NCBI GenBank assembly: GCA_965230895.1
Contig: OZ246394.1
Coordinates: 569,316 to 633,315, forward strand
DNA: 64,000 nt
DNA from: an uncultured Gammaproteobacteria bacterium
GTDB lineage: Bacteria > Patescibacteriota > Microgenomatia > Levybacterales > UBA12049
Reading direction: 5' to 3'
Part shown: piece after piece, positions 25,957 through 36,910 of the stretch
Layout of the letters: every line of letters begins with the position of its first letter
How positions within the stretch are numbered: the stretch's first letter is position 1
The notes under the pieces: model-generated
The model's database searches: none
Told to the model about the DNA's origin: nothing
What the model saw: the letters and a program-made list of their open reading frames with translations, nothing else
Program-made: the position numbers and the translations under genes

Positions 25957-27660
25957 TTATCTTTTAAACATTTTATTAATTGTAGAAAGATCCACTAATA
26001 TTTTGGTTGGTCGGCCGTGAGGACAAGTAGCATTATTCTCTGTCTTTTCTAACTGATTAATCAGATCTAAACTTTGTTTTTTTGTTAATATATCCCCTGC
26101 TTTGACTGCACCACGACAAGCCAAAAATGCAATAATTTTCTGGCTAACTGCATCAACGGAATCGTTCTGACCTTCTGTTCTCAAATTCTCCAGAATATCG
26201 GATATCAAGTCTTTTGGATCTCTATCTTTCATCAATTCTGGCACTGCTCGTAATAAAAAACTTCTGCCTTTAAAATGTTCAATTATAAATCCAAGTTGTG
26301 TAAAAGTTTCTAGATGTTCTTCCAAAAGCTCCTGTTCTTGTATACTTAATTCAAATAGTTTGGGTTTTGAAAAGGCGTAATGATTATCTTTCTTCTTTTG
26401 TTTTTTAAACTCATTTTGTAGCTGTTCATATCGTATCCTTTCATGTGCAGCATGCTGATCAATTAATACAAAACCTTGTTTTGTATCCGCTAAGATATAC
26501 AGATTATGGATTTGTATGGTGTTTTGAATATTTACTTTCAAAGGTTGAGATAAACTCCAAGGCAAACTTTGATCACGCAATACTTTACCAGTAAATGAAT
26601 TTGTACTCGATTTGAATTGCTCATCTTCAGAATAGATTGATTCTTGCCATAATGAATTACGATAAACGATATCGTGCTTTGCTAAAGTTTGCGTGACAGC
26701 ACGCTTAATAATTTCATGAATTTCTGATTGATTAACGAAACGCACCTCTTCTTTACGCGGATGAACATTTATATCGACAACTTCAGGAAGTATTTTAAGA
26801 AAAAGCAAACTGATAGGATATACTTGTTTCTCAATAAGATTCCCATACGCTGCTTTTATCGCAGAAGCAATCCCTTTATCGCCGATCGTGCGTTTATTTA
26901 CAAATAAATATTGTTTTTGAGAATTTCGTGTAGTCATTTGGGGACGTGCTACAAAGCCGCTTATTTGTATATAACTATCTTCATATTCGATTGGTAATAA
27001 ACTTGCATAGAGCTCTTTTCCCAAAAGAACATTAATTCGATCAAGCGATTCACTCGTTCTCGGCAAATCAAATATTGTCTTCTTATCATGCGTTAAAAGA
27101 AAATGAATATCAGGATGAACAAATGCAAATTGCATAATTGTTTCAATAATATGGCGGAATTCTGTCCTTGCGGACTTTAAAAACTTTTTTCTTCCTGGAG
27201 TAGCATGAAAAAGATTTTCGACAGTAACTTGCGTTCCAAATGGCATACCTACTGAAGAAGTACGTACTAATTTTCCATCTTTTATCTCGACAGAGAATCC
27301 TGCCTGCTCACCTTTTATTCTACTTTGCACTGTCAATTTACTTATTGCGGCGATACTTGCAAGTGCTTCTCCACGAAATCCCAAGGTTTCAATTATTGTA
27401 AGATCTTCTATTGATAACAATTTACTTGTTGCATGAGGTTTCCAACATTCCTGTAAGTCAATTTCATTCATCCCTTCACCGTTATCAATAACCGTGATTC
27501 TTTTTAAACCACTCTCTTCAATATTTATAATAATTGATTCTGCTTTAGCATCAATTGCATTCTCTACTAATTCTTTAACAGCGTAGACAGGTCTCTCTAT
27601 AACTTCACCGGCAGCAATTTTTGCAATAACGTCTTGAGATAAATGTTGGATCTTAGGCAT
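25957..27660 (-). CDS. mutL: DNA mismatch repair endonuclease MutL
   Basis: IAAGEVIERP, GFRGEAL, DINVHP, DQHAAHERI, ACRGAVK, CPHGRP. Confidence 0.97.
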   Translation of the reverse strand: MPKIQHLSQDVIAKIAAGEVIERPVYAVKELVENAIDAKAESIIINIEESGLKRITVIDNGEGMNEIDLQECWKPHATSKLLSIEDLTIIETLGFRGEALASIAAISKLTVQSRIKGEQAGFSVEIKDGKLVRTSSVGMPFGTQVTVENLFHATPGRKKFLKSARTEFRHIIETIMQFAFVHPDIHFLLTHDKKTIFDLPRTSESLDRINVLLGKELYASLLPIEYEDSYIQISGFVARPQMTTRNSQKQYLFVNKRTIGDKGIASAIKAAYGNLIEKQVYPISLLFLKILPEVVDINVHPRKEEVRFVNQSEIHEIIKRAVTQTLAKHDIVYRNSLWQESIYSEDEQFKSSTNSFTGKVLRDQSLPWSLSQPLKVNIQNTIQIHNLYILADTKQGFVLIDQHAAHERIRYEQLQNEFKKQKKKDNHYAFSKPKLFELSIQEQELLEEHLETFTQLGFIIEHFKGRSFLLRAVPELMKDRDPKDLISDILENLRTEGQNDSVDAVSQKIIAFLACRGAVKAGDILTKKQSLDLINQLEKTENNATCPHGRPTKILVDLSTINKMFKR

Positions 27661-27709
27661 AGAAAAGCTGTCTCATCATAATATATGTGAGGAAATAAAA
27701 GCAAGCAGA

Positions 27710-30376
27710 CTAGTCAGCATCTAGAAATTTTTTGTTTTCGAGACGAAAGAGTTTTAATTTCTCTTTAAGATCTGCGAGTCTATTTAATGCTTCCAATGGA
27801 GTCATCTGTGATATATCAAGTTTTTCAAGTTCTTTGCTAATTAAATGATCTATTATATTTATCTGTGTAGAAACGGCTGTACTCTTTTGTTTTGTAACAT
27901 TCAACTGTTTTTCTTCAACACTTGATGATCTACTTTCGAGTTCTTCTAAAAGGTTTTTTGCTCGTGCAACAACCTCAGACGGTATTCCTGCAAGTTTTGC
28001 TACTGCAATACCAAAACTATGTGACGCACCTCCAGTAATAATCGTATGCAAAAATACTGGCTCCCCTTTTTCTTCTGTCACTGACATATGGAAATTACGT
28101 ATTTTCTTAGGAAATAATTCTTCTAAAACTTGAAGCTCATGATAATGAGTAGCAAATAATGTCTTTGGATTACTTTTTTGTGAGACCAAGTATTCTGCAA
28201 CTGCCCATGCAATACTAATCCCATCGTACGTACTTGTTCCTCGACCTATTTCATCCATAATAATCAAACTTTTTTCTGTCGCATTATGCAGAATATTCGC
28301 AGTCTCGACCATTTCAACCATAAATGTAGACAAACCAGAAGTAATAACGTCAGACGCTCCAGACCGAACAAATATCTGGTCTACTGGTGTTATCTTTGCA
28401 GAGTCTGCTGGAACGAAACATCCGATTTGAGCCATCAAGACAATCAACGCGGTTTGACGGATGTAGACAGATTTTCCTGCCATATTTGGTCCTGTTATAA
28501 GCATCAATTGTTGTGAGCTTTTGTCCAGACGGACATCATTGGGGACAAATTTTCCTGATCCAAGTAACATTTCGACAACAGGATGTCTTCCCGATTCTAT
28601 ATATAATGATCCATCCGAAACTAATTCAGGTCTGACATATCTATTTTTTTCGGCCAGAAATGCAAATGCCAATAAACAATCAAAAGCAGCAATACTTTGT
28701 GCAGCTTCTTGGATAGTCGATGCTTGTGACAAAACGTCAGTGAGAATGTCTTGAAATAATTTATACTCAATATCATTTATTTTCTCTTCCGCACTGAGAA
28801 TAATTTCTTCTTGTTCTTTTAATTCTGGAGTTATAAACCGTTCAGCATTTACCAGTGTTTGTTTTCTCATGTAATGATTTGGTACTGATGATAAATTTGA
28901 TTTGCTCACTTCAATATAAAATCCAAATACTTGATTAAAACGTACTTTTAGGGATGATATGCCAGTTTCTCTTCGCTCTTTTGCTTCCATTTCCACGATC
29001 CATTCACGGCCTCCACCAACAATTTCTCGCAAGCGATCAAGCTCTTCATCTATTTTTGAAGCAATCATTCCTCCTTCACGAATACTAATGGGTGGTTCGG
29101 CAACAATTACTTTATCTATTTGATGGATAATATTCTTAATTGTTTTTGTATCAATTCGTTTAGAAATTTTTTGTAAAGATTTACTCTCAAAATTATTAAG
29201 ATGCGTTTGAATTTCTATAATTGTAATAAGTGAACTTTTGAGATTTACTAAATCACGTGCATTTCCCAGTCCTACAGACAGGCGGGAGAATAATCGCTCA
29301 ATATCACTTACCTTCTCTATAGTTATTCGAAGTTCATTTCTTTTTCTTTGTTGCTTAAACAGTTCTTCGACAGCGTTATGTCGACCTGAAATTTCTGTTT
29401 CAGAGACTAAAGGTTTTTTAATCCACTCTTTCAGAAGTCTTCCGCCCATTGCCGTCACTGTTTGATCTAAAACAGAAAGCAATGTTCCTTTTGAATCATG
29501 TTCTCGAATAGTAGAAAAAAGTTCGAGGTTAATCATCGTTGAACGATCGAGAGCAACAACATCTTCGCTTGAATAAACTGAAATTTTTTTAATGTGATGA
29601 ACTGGTCTCTTTTGTGTTTGTTGTAAATATCCTAGAAGTGCTGCGGCTGTTCTTTTTGCATTGAATTGATCATTGATACCGAATCCAGCCAAAGTTGTTG
29701 TCCCAAAATGTTTCGTCAACGTTTGCTCTGCATCATTAGCATATAAATCCCATTCATTAAAAGGAAATATATTAATATCCTTCTCTATTCTCAAAATCTT
29801 GAGAATATTGGAGTTATTGTATAAATCTGGATGAAGGATACATTCTTTAGGAAGCAATCTTGCAAATTCATCTTGTACTATTTGTTCAAAATTGATTGAT
29901 TTAAATTCTGTTGTAGCGAAATAGCCTGTTGAAACATCAGCGACAGAGAGTGCAAAAATATTCTTATCAAGACTCAACGCAACTATATAGTTATTGTCTT
30001 TTTTCTCGAGTGCTTTTTCATCTAGCATTGTCCCTGGAGTAACTATACGAACGACGTCTCGTTCAACAAGTCCTTTTTTGTTTGGAGGAGATAACTGCTC
30101 ACAAATTGCCACTTTATAGCCTGCTTTTACTAATTTTGCTAAATAAGAATCTACAGCGTGATATGGGACGCCTGCCATTGGAATCCGTCCGCCTTTACCA
30201 TTTGCTTTTCCAGTTAGCGTAATATTTAAGACGCGCGCACCGATATGAGCATCATCAAGAAAAAGCTCGTAAAAATCTCCCATCCGGTAAAACAGTAAAC
30301 AATCCTGATACTGTTTTTTAACAGTTTCATATTGTTTCATCATTGGTGTACTGAAGTTTTCTTGCATAGACAGCAT
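27710..30376 (-). CDS. mutS: DNA mismatch repair protein MutS
   Basis: [45 protein letters not shown]. Confidence 0.98.
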   Translation of the reverse strand: MLSMQENFSTPMMKQYETVKKQYQDCLLFYRMGDFYELFLDDAHIGARVLNITLTGKANGKGGRIPMAGVPYHAVDSYLAKLVKAGYKVAICEQLSPPNKKGLVERDVVRIVTPGTMLDEKALEKKDNNYIVALSLDKNIFALSVADVSTGYFATTEFKSINFEQIVQDEFARLLPKECILHPDLYNNSNILKILRIEKDINIFPFNEWDLYANDAEQTLTKHFGTTTLAGFGINDQFNAKRTAAALLGYLQQTQKRPVHHIKKISVYSSEDVVALDRSTMINLELFSTIREHDSKGTLLSVLDQTVTAMGGRLLKEWIKKPLVSETEISGRHNAVEELFKQQRKRNELRITIEKVSDIERLFSRLSVGLGNARDLVNLKSSLITIIEIQTHLNNFESKSLQKISKRIDTKTIKNIIHQIDKVIVAEPPISIREGGMIASKIDEELDRLREIVGGGREWIVEMEAKERRETGISSLKVRFNQVFGFYIEVSKSNLSSVPNHYMRKQTLVNAERFITPELKEQEEIILSAEEKINDIEYKLFQDILTDVLSQASTIQEAAQSIAAFDCLLAFAFLAEKNRYVRPELVSDGSLYIESGRHPVVEMLLGSGKFVPNDVRLDKSSQQLMLITGPNMAGKSVYIRQTALIVLMAQIGCFVPADSAKITPVDQIFVRSGASDVITSGLSTFMVEMVETANILHNATEKSLIIMDEIGRGTSTYDGISIAWAVAEYLVSQKSNPKTLFATHYHELQVLEELFPKKIRNFHMSVTEEKGEPVFLHTIITGGASHSFGIAVAKLAGIPSEVVARAKNLLEELESRSSSVEEKQLNVTKQKSTAVSTQINIIDHLISKELEKLDISQMTPLEALNRLADLKEKLKLFRLENKKFLDAD

Positions 30377-30496
30377 GTACTACTATACAAGTTTTAAATA
30401 GTTTTTTGAAGTATTACAAGATTTACCTTTTATCTATTTATTTGCATATTGTCAGTCATTGTTGTTTGGATTATAATCTCGCTGTTCTAGTATTTT

Positions 30497-31531
30497 ATGA
30501 AAAAGTTAATCTTCTTAATTAGTTTCCTTTTACTTGCCCTCTTCACAACTTTCAATACCACTCCAACATATGCTCAAGTAGTCCCAACCAATTGTGATCA
30601 ACAAATGAATATGGATGGGATGAATATGCCACAACCGTCTTGTCCTCCAGCACCAACTCCAACAGTTGCGATAAATCCTGATGCTGCAAATACACCAGTT
30701 GTCCGCAAAAATATCTATAGTATGACACCAGATGAGTTAAATAGATTTATCAATGCGTTAAATACAGTTCGAGCAAATGGTTCGTATAATCGATTTATGG
30801 ATGAGCATATGCAAGCGATGATGATGAGAACTCCCGCAGATGACACTTCTACATTAAGAAATGCCGCACATCGAGGACCAATATTTTTGCCTTGGCATAG
30901 AGCATTTGTATGGGAATTCGAACAACTATTAAGAACTGTTGATCCAACTGTATCCATCCCATACTGGGCTTTCGAAAATGAAACTCCAGGAACTATACCT
31001 ATGGTATTCTCTGCAAACTATTTTGGTGGCGATGGAAACATTGCGCAGGGTGATAGAGTTACTGATGGACCTTTCGCTTCATGGGGAATTACGAGGAGAA
31101 TAGGCCGAGACGCACAAGGTCAACCAACACTTCCAACCGCGGGAGATATTGCAACAGTATTACAGATCAATGATTATGATACCCCACCATACAATGAATC
31201 TTCACAAGGTTTTAGAAACGCACTAGAGGGATGGATTGGGACAAATGCTCCATGGGGAGTTCATAATAGAGTTCACGGATATATCGGTGGAGATATGCTC
31301 CCTGATGGCATGAGTGGTAATGCTGTTAACGATCCTATCTTTTGGGTTGTTCATACAAACATTGATCGAATCTGGTGGCAGTGGCAACAGACTCATGGAA
31401 TAACAAATTACCAACCTGTTGTCGGTGGACCTGAAGGACATAATCTTAATGATGTGATGTTTATCCTCCCAAGTCAGGGAACAGCGTCAAATACTTTAGA
31501 TATAAATCAGATGAACTACACGTATAACTAA
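30497..31531 (+). CDS. Secreted tyrosinase (type-3 copper protein)
   Basis: Signal peptide; VRKNI..MT..E..RF..A; CuA His in DEHM, AAHRGP and FLPWHR; IPYW; CuB HNRVH and DPIFWVVHTNIDRIW. Confidence 0.92.
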   Translation: MKKLIFLISFLLLALFTTFNTTPTYAQVVPTNCDQQMNMDGMNMPQPSCPPAPTPTVAINPDAANTPVVRKNIYSMTPDELNRFINALNTVRANGSYNRFMDEHMQAMMMRTPADDTSTLRNAAHRGPIFLPWHRAFVWEFEQLLRTVDPTVSIPYWAFENETPGTIPMVFSANYFGGDGNIAQGDRVTDGPFASWGITRRIGRDAQGQPTLPTAGDIATVLQINDYDTPPYNESSQGFRNALEGWIGTNAPWGVHNRVHGYIGGDMLPDGMSGNAVNDPIFWVVHTNIDRIWWQWQQTHGITNYQPVVGGPEGHNLNDVMFILPSQGTASNTLDINQMNYTYN

Positions 31532-31534
31532 TAG

Positions 31535-32413
31535 CTAAACGATTTTATCTGTTTCTTTTTCCTCGGCTTTTTCGATATCAAATCCTCTTTGCTCCAGTTT
31601 TGAACCAATTTCATCCATAAGGACTTTATATAAACGCACTGTTAAAACAAAGCTTCCAGGTCGGTATGGATGATCGAAATCCTCAATAATAATTAAGACG
31701 CCATAAGCAAGTAGCGCTAAAACAATTGTAAAATAATAGTTATAACCAAGATAATTGAATGGAACAAACAATGACCCAACAACAACCGAGTATGTAGCGA
31801 GATTTACATAAATCTTTATTCCTCTTGGCAGACGCTGATTTGTATATTGAATTTTCTTTTCTCGATATTCCATTGCTCGCGTTAAATAATTAAAAACCAT
31901 TTGTCCTACATCTGGATATTTTTTAGAAGCATTAAAGACACTATCTTCAATTTTAATAAGAGCATTATCAACTTCTTTGGATCGTGTCACAAGCATTCGA
32001 TCACTTTTGGTATCAGATGCATCTATATATGTCTTAAGGTAACTATAAATATGGAAACGAATTTCATTCATTTCTGCTTTTGGAAAATGATGCGCTAATA
32101 TAAATAACTGCCGAAGCATATTAATCTCACCACGATTAGCATCAATCAGTCTATCCCATTTAGTCCACTGCGCCTGGATAATAAAAGCAGAGATAATACT
32201 GAAGATGAGGTTCCCTGCACCGAAAAGAGCGGGAATAGCAAAACGGTCAGCCTCTAATTTATAGTCTGGAAGAAGATTTGATGTACGTACATAAAAGAAC
32301 ACCGCAGAAAAAATAATAGTGAAAAGTAATACTTTAATAACAATTGATCTTATGTATAAACGCTCGTAAAGTTTACCTGTAGTTGCTAATAATTCAGTTT
32401 TAACAAGTTCCAT
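31535..32413 (-). CDS. DUF4239/bestrophin-like membrane protein
   Basis: 2+2 TM layout; IFSIISAFII..QW; IEDFDHPY..G. Confidence 0.6.
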   Translation of the reverse strand: MELVKTELLATTGKLYERLYIRSIVIKVLLFTIIFSAVFFYVRTSNLLPDYKLEADRFAIPALFGAGNLIFSIISAFIIQAQWTKWDRLIDANRGEINMLRQLFILAHHFPKAEMNEIRFHIYSYLKTYIDASDTKSDRMLVTRSKEVDNALIKIEDSVFNASKKYPDVGQMVFNYLTRAMEYREKKIQYTNQRLPRGIKIYVNLATYSVVVGSLFVPFNYLGYNYYFTIVLALLAYGVLIIIEDFDHPYRPGSFVLTVRLYKVLMDEIGSKLEQRGFDIEKAEEKETDKIV

Positions 32414-32471
32414 AATACTATCGTATCAAAAATAATCATACATTTAAAGGAATATTTGGTAAAATATATTA

Positions 32472-33074
32472 ATGAAAATTGCTATACTTGGCGGAAGTTT
32501 TGATCCACCTCATCTTGGACATTTCTTTATTGCGCAACAAGTCCAAGAGTTGCTGAAAATGGATCAAGTCTGGTTAATGCCTGCATATCATCATCCGTTC
32601 AATAGAAATCTCTCTGATATATCTCATCGTGTAGCAATGACAAGATTGTTGGAGACTGATCATATTAAGCTTTCAGCATATGAACAGAAACATAATCCAA
32701 CAAGCTTTACAATTGATACATTAAACGGTTTAAAAAGTGATTATCCTGAAAATGACTATTACTGGATTACAGGCAGTGATCAATTAGAACATTTTCAAAA
32801 GTATAAAGATTGGCAAGAGATTATCAAGAAGCATAATCTTATTATATTTCCAAGAGAATGGATGCTTCCTCACTTAAAAGAAACTGTGAAAGAAAAGCTC
32901 ATGTTGAAAACAATTCCTGAAAATGTTATTGTTCTACAGTCAGATGATCTTTTTCTAACGAACATATCATCGACAAAGATCCGTGAAAGAGTTAAAAATA
33001 ATGCATCAATAAAATTTTTTGTTCCCGTCGGAGTTGAAGATTACATTAGAGAAAATAAACTTTATGCCGAATGA
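32472..33074 (+). CDS. nadD: Nicotinate-nucleotide adenylyltransferase
   Basis: GGSFDPPHLGH, SFTIDTL, GSD, ISSTKIR. Confidence 0.95.
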   Translation: MKIAILGGSFDPPHLGHFFIAQQVQELLKMDQVWLMPAYHHPFNRNLSDISHRVAMTRLLETDHIKLSAYEQKHNPTSFTIDTLNGLKSDYPENDYYWITGSDQLEHFQKYKDWQEIIKKHNLIIFPREWMLPHLKETVKEKLMLKTIPENVIVLQSDDLFLTNISSTKIRERVKNNASIKFFVPVGVEDYIRENKLYAE

Positions 33075-33840
33075 TTTTTTAACGATAGATCCTGAGCAAG
33101 AGAAAAAGCGTATTCAATCGTTTTTGAGAAAAACATTTGAAGAGCAAAATATCAATCATGCAGTCATTGGACTTTCCGGAGGTATCGACTCAACAGTTTC
33201 TTTCTTTTTGCTCAAAGATATTCTCCCCGCTGAAAATATTCACGTCACCCATATGTATTACTTTCAACCAGTCTTTGCAGAAGTAGAAAAGTCTGTTCTT
33301 GATGCGCAAATCCCCCAAGAGAATATTCATGTTGTCTCAATCAAAGATGCTGTTGATGCCGCAGCAAAAATTAATAATGTAGGCTCCAGTGAAGAAGATA
33401 AAATCAGAATTGGAAATATTGCAGCACGAATGAGAATGATTGCTCTCTTTGATCTTGCAAAGAAACATAAGGCACTTGTTGTTGGTACAGAGAATCATAC
33501 AGAGTATTTATTAAGTTACTTTACTCGATTTGGGGATCAAGCATCGGATATCGAACCAATCGAGCATTTATATAAAACGCAGGTGTATCAATTAGCAAAG
33601 CATTTAGGTATACCTGAAACAATCATCGAACAAAACCCAACAGCAGGTTTATGGCAAGGACAAACTGATGAAGGAGAATTTGGATTTAGTTATGAAGAAG
33701 CAGATAAAGTACTTTTCTTAGCAACTGAGAAAGCTATGCCAACTGAAGAAATCGTGAAACAAGGATTTAAGAATGCGGAAAGGATACTCGAATGGAAACA
33801 AAGAAACTGGTTTAAGCACGAAACCCCTTATACAGTTTAA
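33064..33840 (+). CDS. nadE: NH3-dependent NAD+ synthetase
   Basis: GLSGGIDS, GNIAARMRM, YFTRFGD, LYKTQV, PTAGLW.GQTDE. Confidence 0.95.
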   Translation: MPNDFLTIDPEQEKKRIQSFLRKTFEEQNINHAVIGLSGGIDSTVSFFLLKDILPAENIHVTHMYYFQPVFAEVEKSVLDAQIPQENIHVVSIKDAVDAAAKINNVGSSEEDKIRIGNIAARMRMIALFDLAKKHKALVVGTENHTEYLLSYFTRFGDQASDIEPIEHLYKTQVYQLAKHLGIPETIIEQNPTAGLWQGQTDEGEFGFSYEEADKVLFLATEKAMPTEEIVKQGFKNAERILEWKQRNWFKHETPYTV

Positions 33841-34583
33841 CTTATTTGGAGACGAAACATTATGCTTCTACTTTTCCCTGGATAAATCATACTCTCTTCT
33901 GAACCAAAAAAATCACTATTTGGATCTCGTTCAACTGGCTCAATACAAATATATGTTTTATCAATTTCTTTGGATTCTGGATTTTTACCAACCCACACCA
34001 TTGCCTTTTGTAACCCATTCTGTGTAAGATTTATTTCAGGTTTTCCAGGAATTTGGATTGTATTGTTTTCTTGCAAATCAATCGCTATACCGTCCCAATT
34101 ATTTTCGATAAGACTGGTTATATCCCTTCCGTTGATTGTAGTTCCTTCATACCCTTGAGGTGCATCAAAATAACAATGTTCACCGGAGTTTACGGCTGCC
34201 TTTTCGTCTCCCGCATTTGTATGGACAACTGCACATGAAAATGAGCCATCTTTAATATGCATTATTTGTTTGACTTTCATTCCCCTTGGATAACCTTCAT
34301 CCGAAATAGTATGAGTCACAATAACACTATCTTCAACTTCTAATACTTCACAATCCTCATTCCGCATATTTCCGTGTTGCTTTAATCCATATATGTTTTT
34401 TCCATCGGGACCGAATATAGGAGTACATGGGTGTGTCATTCCAATCTTTCCATCACCGCGATTAAAAGAGCCAAAGATAAGAGTACCTTTTAATGTAAGA
34501 TTTATTTTTGCACCAGATGGATCTACAAGAAGCTGATCTTTCGTGGGAGTACTCAGTGTAATAATATTCTTCCTTTCGCTCAT
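33837..34583 (-). CDS. Aldose 1-epimerase / galactose mutarotase-like protein
   Basis: P.FG...LKQHG..R; GEHCYF; YICIEP. Confidence 0.75.
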   Translation of the reverse strand: MSERKNIITLSTPTKDQLLVDPSGAKINLTLKGTLIFGSFNRGDGKIGMTHPCTPIFGPDGKNIYGLKQHGNMRNEDCEVLEVEDSVIVTHTISDEGYPRGMKVKQIMHIKDGSFSCAVVHTNAGDEKAAVNSGEHCYFDAPQGYEGTTINGRDITSLIENNWDGIAIDLQENNTIQIPGKPEINLTQNGLQKAMVWVGKNPESKEIDKTYICIEPVERDPNSDFFGSEESMIYPGKSRSIMFRLQIS

Positions 34584-34620
34584 TGCGTAATAATAGCTTA
34601 TTTATTGGAACTTTGCCATC

Positions 34621-35604
34621 TCATTCTTCATTACGAATAGATTCAAGCAGAGCAAGAATTACTTCACTTGTCCTGTGTGCATGGTCTTTGTTAAAAAGCA
34701 AAGACATATGAGTACTTTCTGGTACTGTAATGCGGGTACTTTCAGAAGACAAGTTGAGTAAATCTCCCTGCAAAACATTCCAGTCCTCGTTCGCTTGATC
34801 AGATGAAATGACTCGGAGTGGAATCCCTCCAAGACTGCTTAATTCTTGCGATTGTTTAAGGATAGTTTCGGATTGATTATTTTCATTTGCAACGCTAGAG
34901 AAATATTCAGGTGATACCCAAAAATATTTATACTCGTTTAGCTCTCTTTCAGGTAGTGAACTGAATGCGACTGAACCACCCAAAGAAATAAAAGCTCTCA
35001 TGATGCCAATTCGTGCAAGATACGAATACAATGTAAAATTATTTGCTGTATTCTTTGCTTGGATCCCATATTCAGGATAATTCGTAATTTGATATGGATG
35101 AGAAGAATCAACTAAAACTAAACCTATAACCTCATCAGGATATAATTCTTGATATTTACGAATATATATACCTCCAAGGGAATGTCCAACCAGAATATAT
35201 TTATCGTTAAGTTGAGCACCTGTAAGAGCAGTATGCAAGTCTTTGGCAACTGCTTCAAGATTACCCTCAACATTTTGTCCGGTACTCCATCCTCTTCCTT
35301 GCCTATCATATGAACAGACACGTGTTTCTTTGGTCAGTTCAGGTTGGATCCAACCCCATGATGAAGATAATTCGCCAGCTGCAGCTTCTAAAATTATGGT
35401 AGGACTACCGCTTCCTGTACATTTGAGATGCAAACTATAATCATTTGCCTTAATAAGCTTTCCAGGCATTTCTACTTTGGAACGATCCTGTTCTGTTGAA
35501 ATCGTTTGATATAAATAGCCAACGATAATAACGGCAAGCAGAGAGTATCCTACAATCAGTACAATCTTTTTAACTCTTTCGATTATTGGGGGAAGATCAA
35601 TCAC
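34621..35604 (-). CDS. Membrane-anchored alpha/beta hydrolase
   Basis: RVCSYDRQGRGWS, LVGHSLGG, GLVLVDS, late His. Confidence 0.88.
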   Translation of the reverse strand: MIDLPPIIERVKKIVLIVGYSLLAVIIVGYLYQTISTEQDRSKVEMPGKLIKANDYSLHLKCTGSGSPTIILEAAAGELSSSWGWIQPELTKETRVCSYDRQGRGWSTGQNVEGNLEAVAKDLHTALTGAQLNDKYILVGHSLGGIYIRKYQELYPDEVIGLVLVDSSHPYQITNYPEYGIQAKNTANNFTLYSYLARIGIMRAFISLGGSVAFSSLPERELNEYKYFWVSPEYFSSVANENNQSETILKQSQELSSLGGIPLRVISSDQANEDWNVLQGDLLNLSSESTRITVPESTHMSLLFNKDHAHRTSEVILALLESIRNEE

Positions 35605-35643
35605 TTCTGTAGTATAGCGAATACAATAAAAGAATGCATATTT

Positions 35644-36072
35644 CTATTTCTTCCATTTACCAACTGCTCGGACAAGTTCTTTTCTCCGCTTTTCTGTGTC
35701 TTCACTCAATTGATCGGCGAAAGATTGTTCATCATCTGTTTCGGCACGCTCTGTAGCGATGGCAGTAGTTACCCAATTGTTATAAAACCTGATAAGTAAT
35801 TCAAAGACATTACTTTCAATACTTTCAAGATAATTGAGGAGCTGATGAATCTTTTTATCGTCTTCTGGTAATTTTGTATATTTTGAAGCTTGTGCTTCAG
35901 CACACAAGTCAAGAATTTTATTTGCTAATTTTCTCTTATCTGCATTTGCAAATCGCCATCGTTCGAACAAGGCGTCAATGGAATTGCCGAAGAATTTAAA
36001 TAATAAATTCGCGACAAAAGTCCCAATTGCTGATCCAGCCACAACAATCCAACTTATAAACTCAGGTGTCAT
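35644..36072 (-). CDS. Hypothetical protein with N-terminal TM
   Basis: 142-aa ORF; TATAAT 5 nt upstream. Confidence 0.6.
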   Translation of the reverse strand: MTPEFISWIVVAGSAIGTFVANLLFKFFGNSIDALFERWRFANADKRKLANKILDLCAEAQASKYTKLPEDDKKIHQLLNYLESIESNVFELLIRFYNNWVTTAIATERAETDDEQSFADQLSEDTEKRRKELVRAVGKWKK

Positions 36073-36170
36073 ACCCTATTATACCATAATATGGTTATTT
36101 TCGTGGCTAAAATTGACTAATATGGGTCCTTCTACTTTTCGATCTTCTATCTATTAAAAGCTCTGTACAT

Positions 36171-36860
36171 TTACGCTTTTGGAGACTCTTGCGATTTTTT
36201 AAACTTCTGTAAAGTGTCTAGAAACCTTCTAGCATCTTTATCAGTAAAATATCCATTTACTGTTCTTGTATCTTCTTGCCCATTCCACTTAGGAAACCCT
36301 AATGAAGTCATCTCATCATTGAATTGCGTAAGATAATCTGCGCTCTTAGGAGGTAGATATGTAATTTCGTAGGCAATACTATTATCCTCAAGTATACCCA
36401 CAAGCAACATCGCACCACGAAGACGTGGGTCACCAAATTTTTCTTGTGATCCTATCTCTAAATGCATATGTGAAATTGCACGTTTTCCACTATCTCCACC
36501 GACGTTTCGAAAGGTATCAGCTTTTACTATGCTTTCTCCAATAGTACATATATTAAGAATTCCCGATAAATTATCATCTAAAGCAGCATATCCCTCAAAT
36601 TTTCTCCCAACTCGGTCTCCAGAAGATATCTCTCCTTGTAGCTCGGCAGTTAAAAATTCACTATCGTAAGCAGTAGCAATAGATGATCCATGACCATTTG
36701 TAATGTTTACACTTGTGTAAAGCATATCTGTCCAAGTTGAGACTCGCAAATTATCCTTTTTCTCACTTTCTATAGATACAATCTTTCGAAGTTTTGGAAC
36801 CTCGTGAGATTGATCAGAAAACGATTTCGCCTTGTGTTGATATTCATTGAATTCTTTCAT
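36171..36860 (-). CDS. Hypothetical protein
   Basis: 229-aa ORF divergent from the MerR gene; no recognised motif. Confidence 0.6.
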   Translation of the reverse strand: MKEFNEYQHKAKSFSDQSHEVPKLRKIVSIESEKKDNLRVSTWTDMLYTSVNITNGHGSSIATAYDSEFLTAELQGEISSGDRVGRKFEGYAALDDNLSGILNICTIGESIVKADTFRNVGGDSGKRAISHMHLEIGSQEKFGDPRLRGAMLLVGILEDNSIAYEITYLPPKSADYLTQFNDEMTSLGFPKWNGQEDTRTVNGYFTDKDARRFLDTLQKFKKSQESPKA

Positions 36861-36872
36861 ATAACGTTGCTC

Positions 36873-36902
36873 TTGACTATACGTCTTATAGCATGGTAGA
36901 AT
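36873..36902 (+). promoter_or_regulatory. MerR-type promoter with spacer dyad
   Basis: TTGACT-N18-TAGAAT with CTATA-cgtct-TATAG overlapping the -35 and spacer. Confidence 0.5.
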
Positions 36903-36910
36903 TCTAAACT

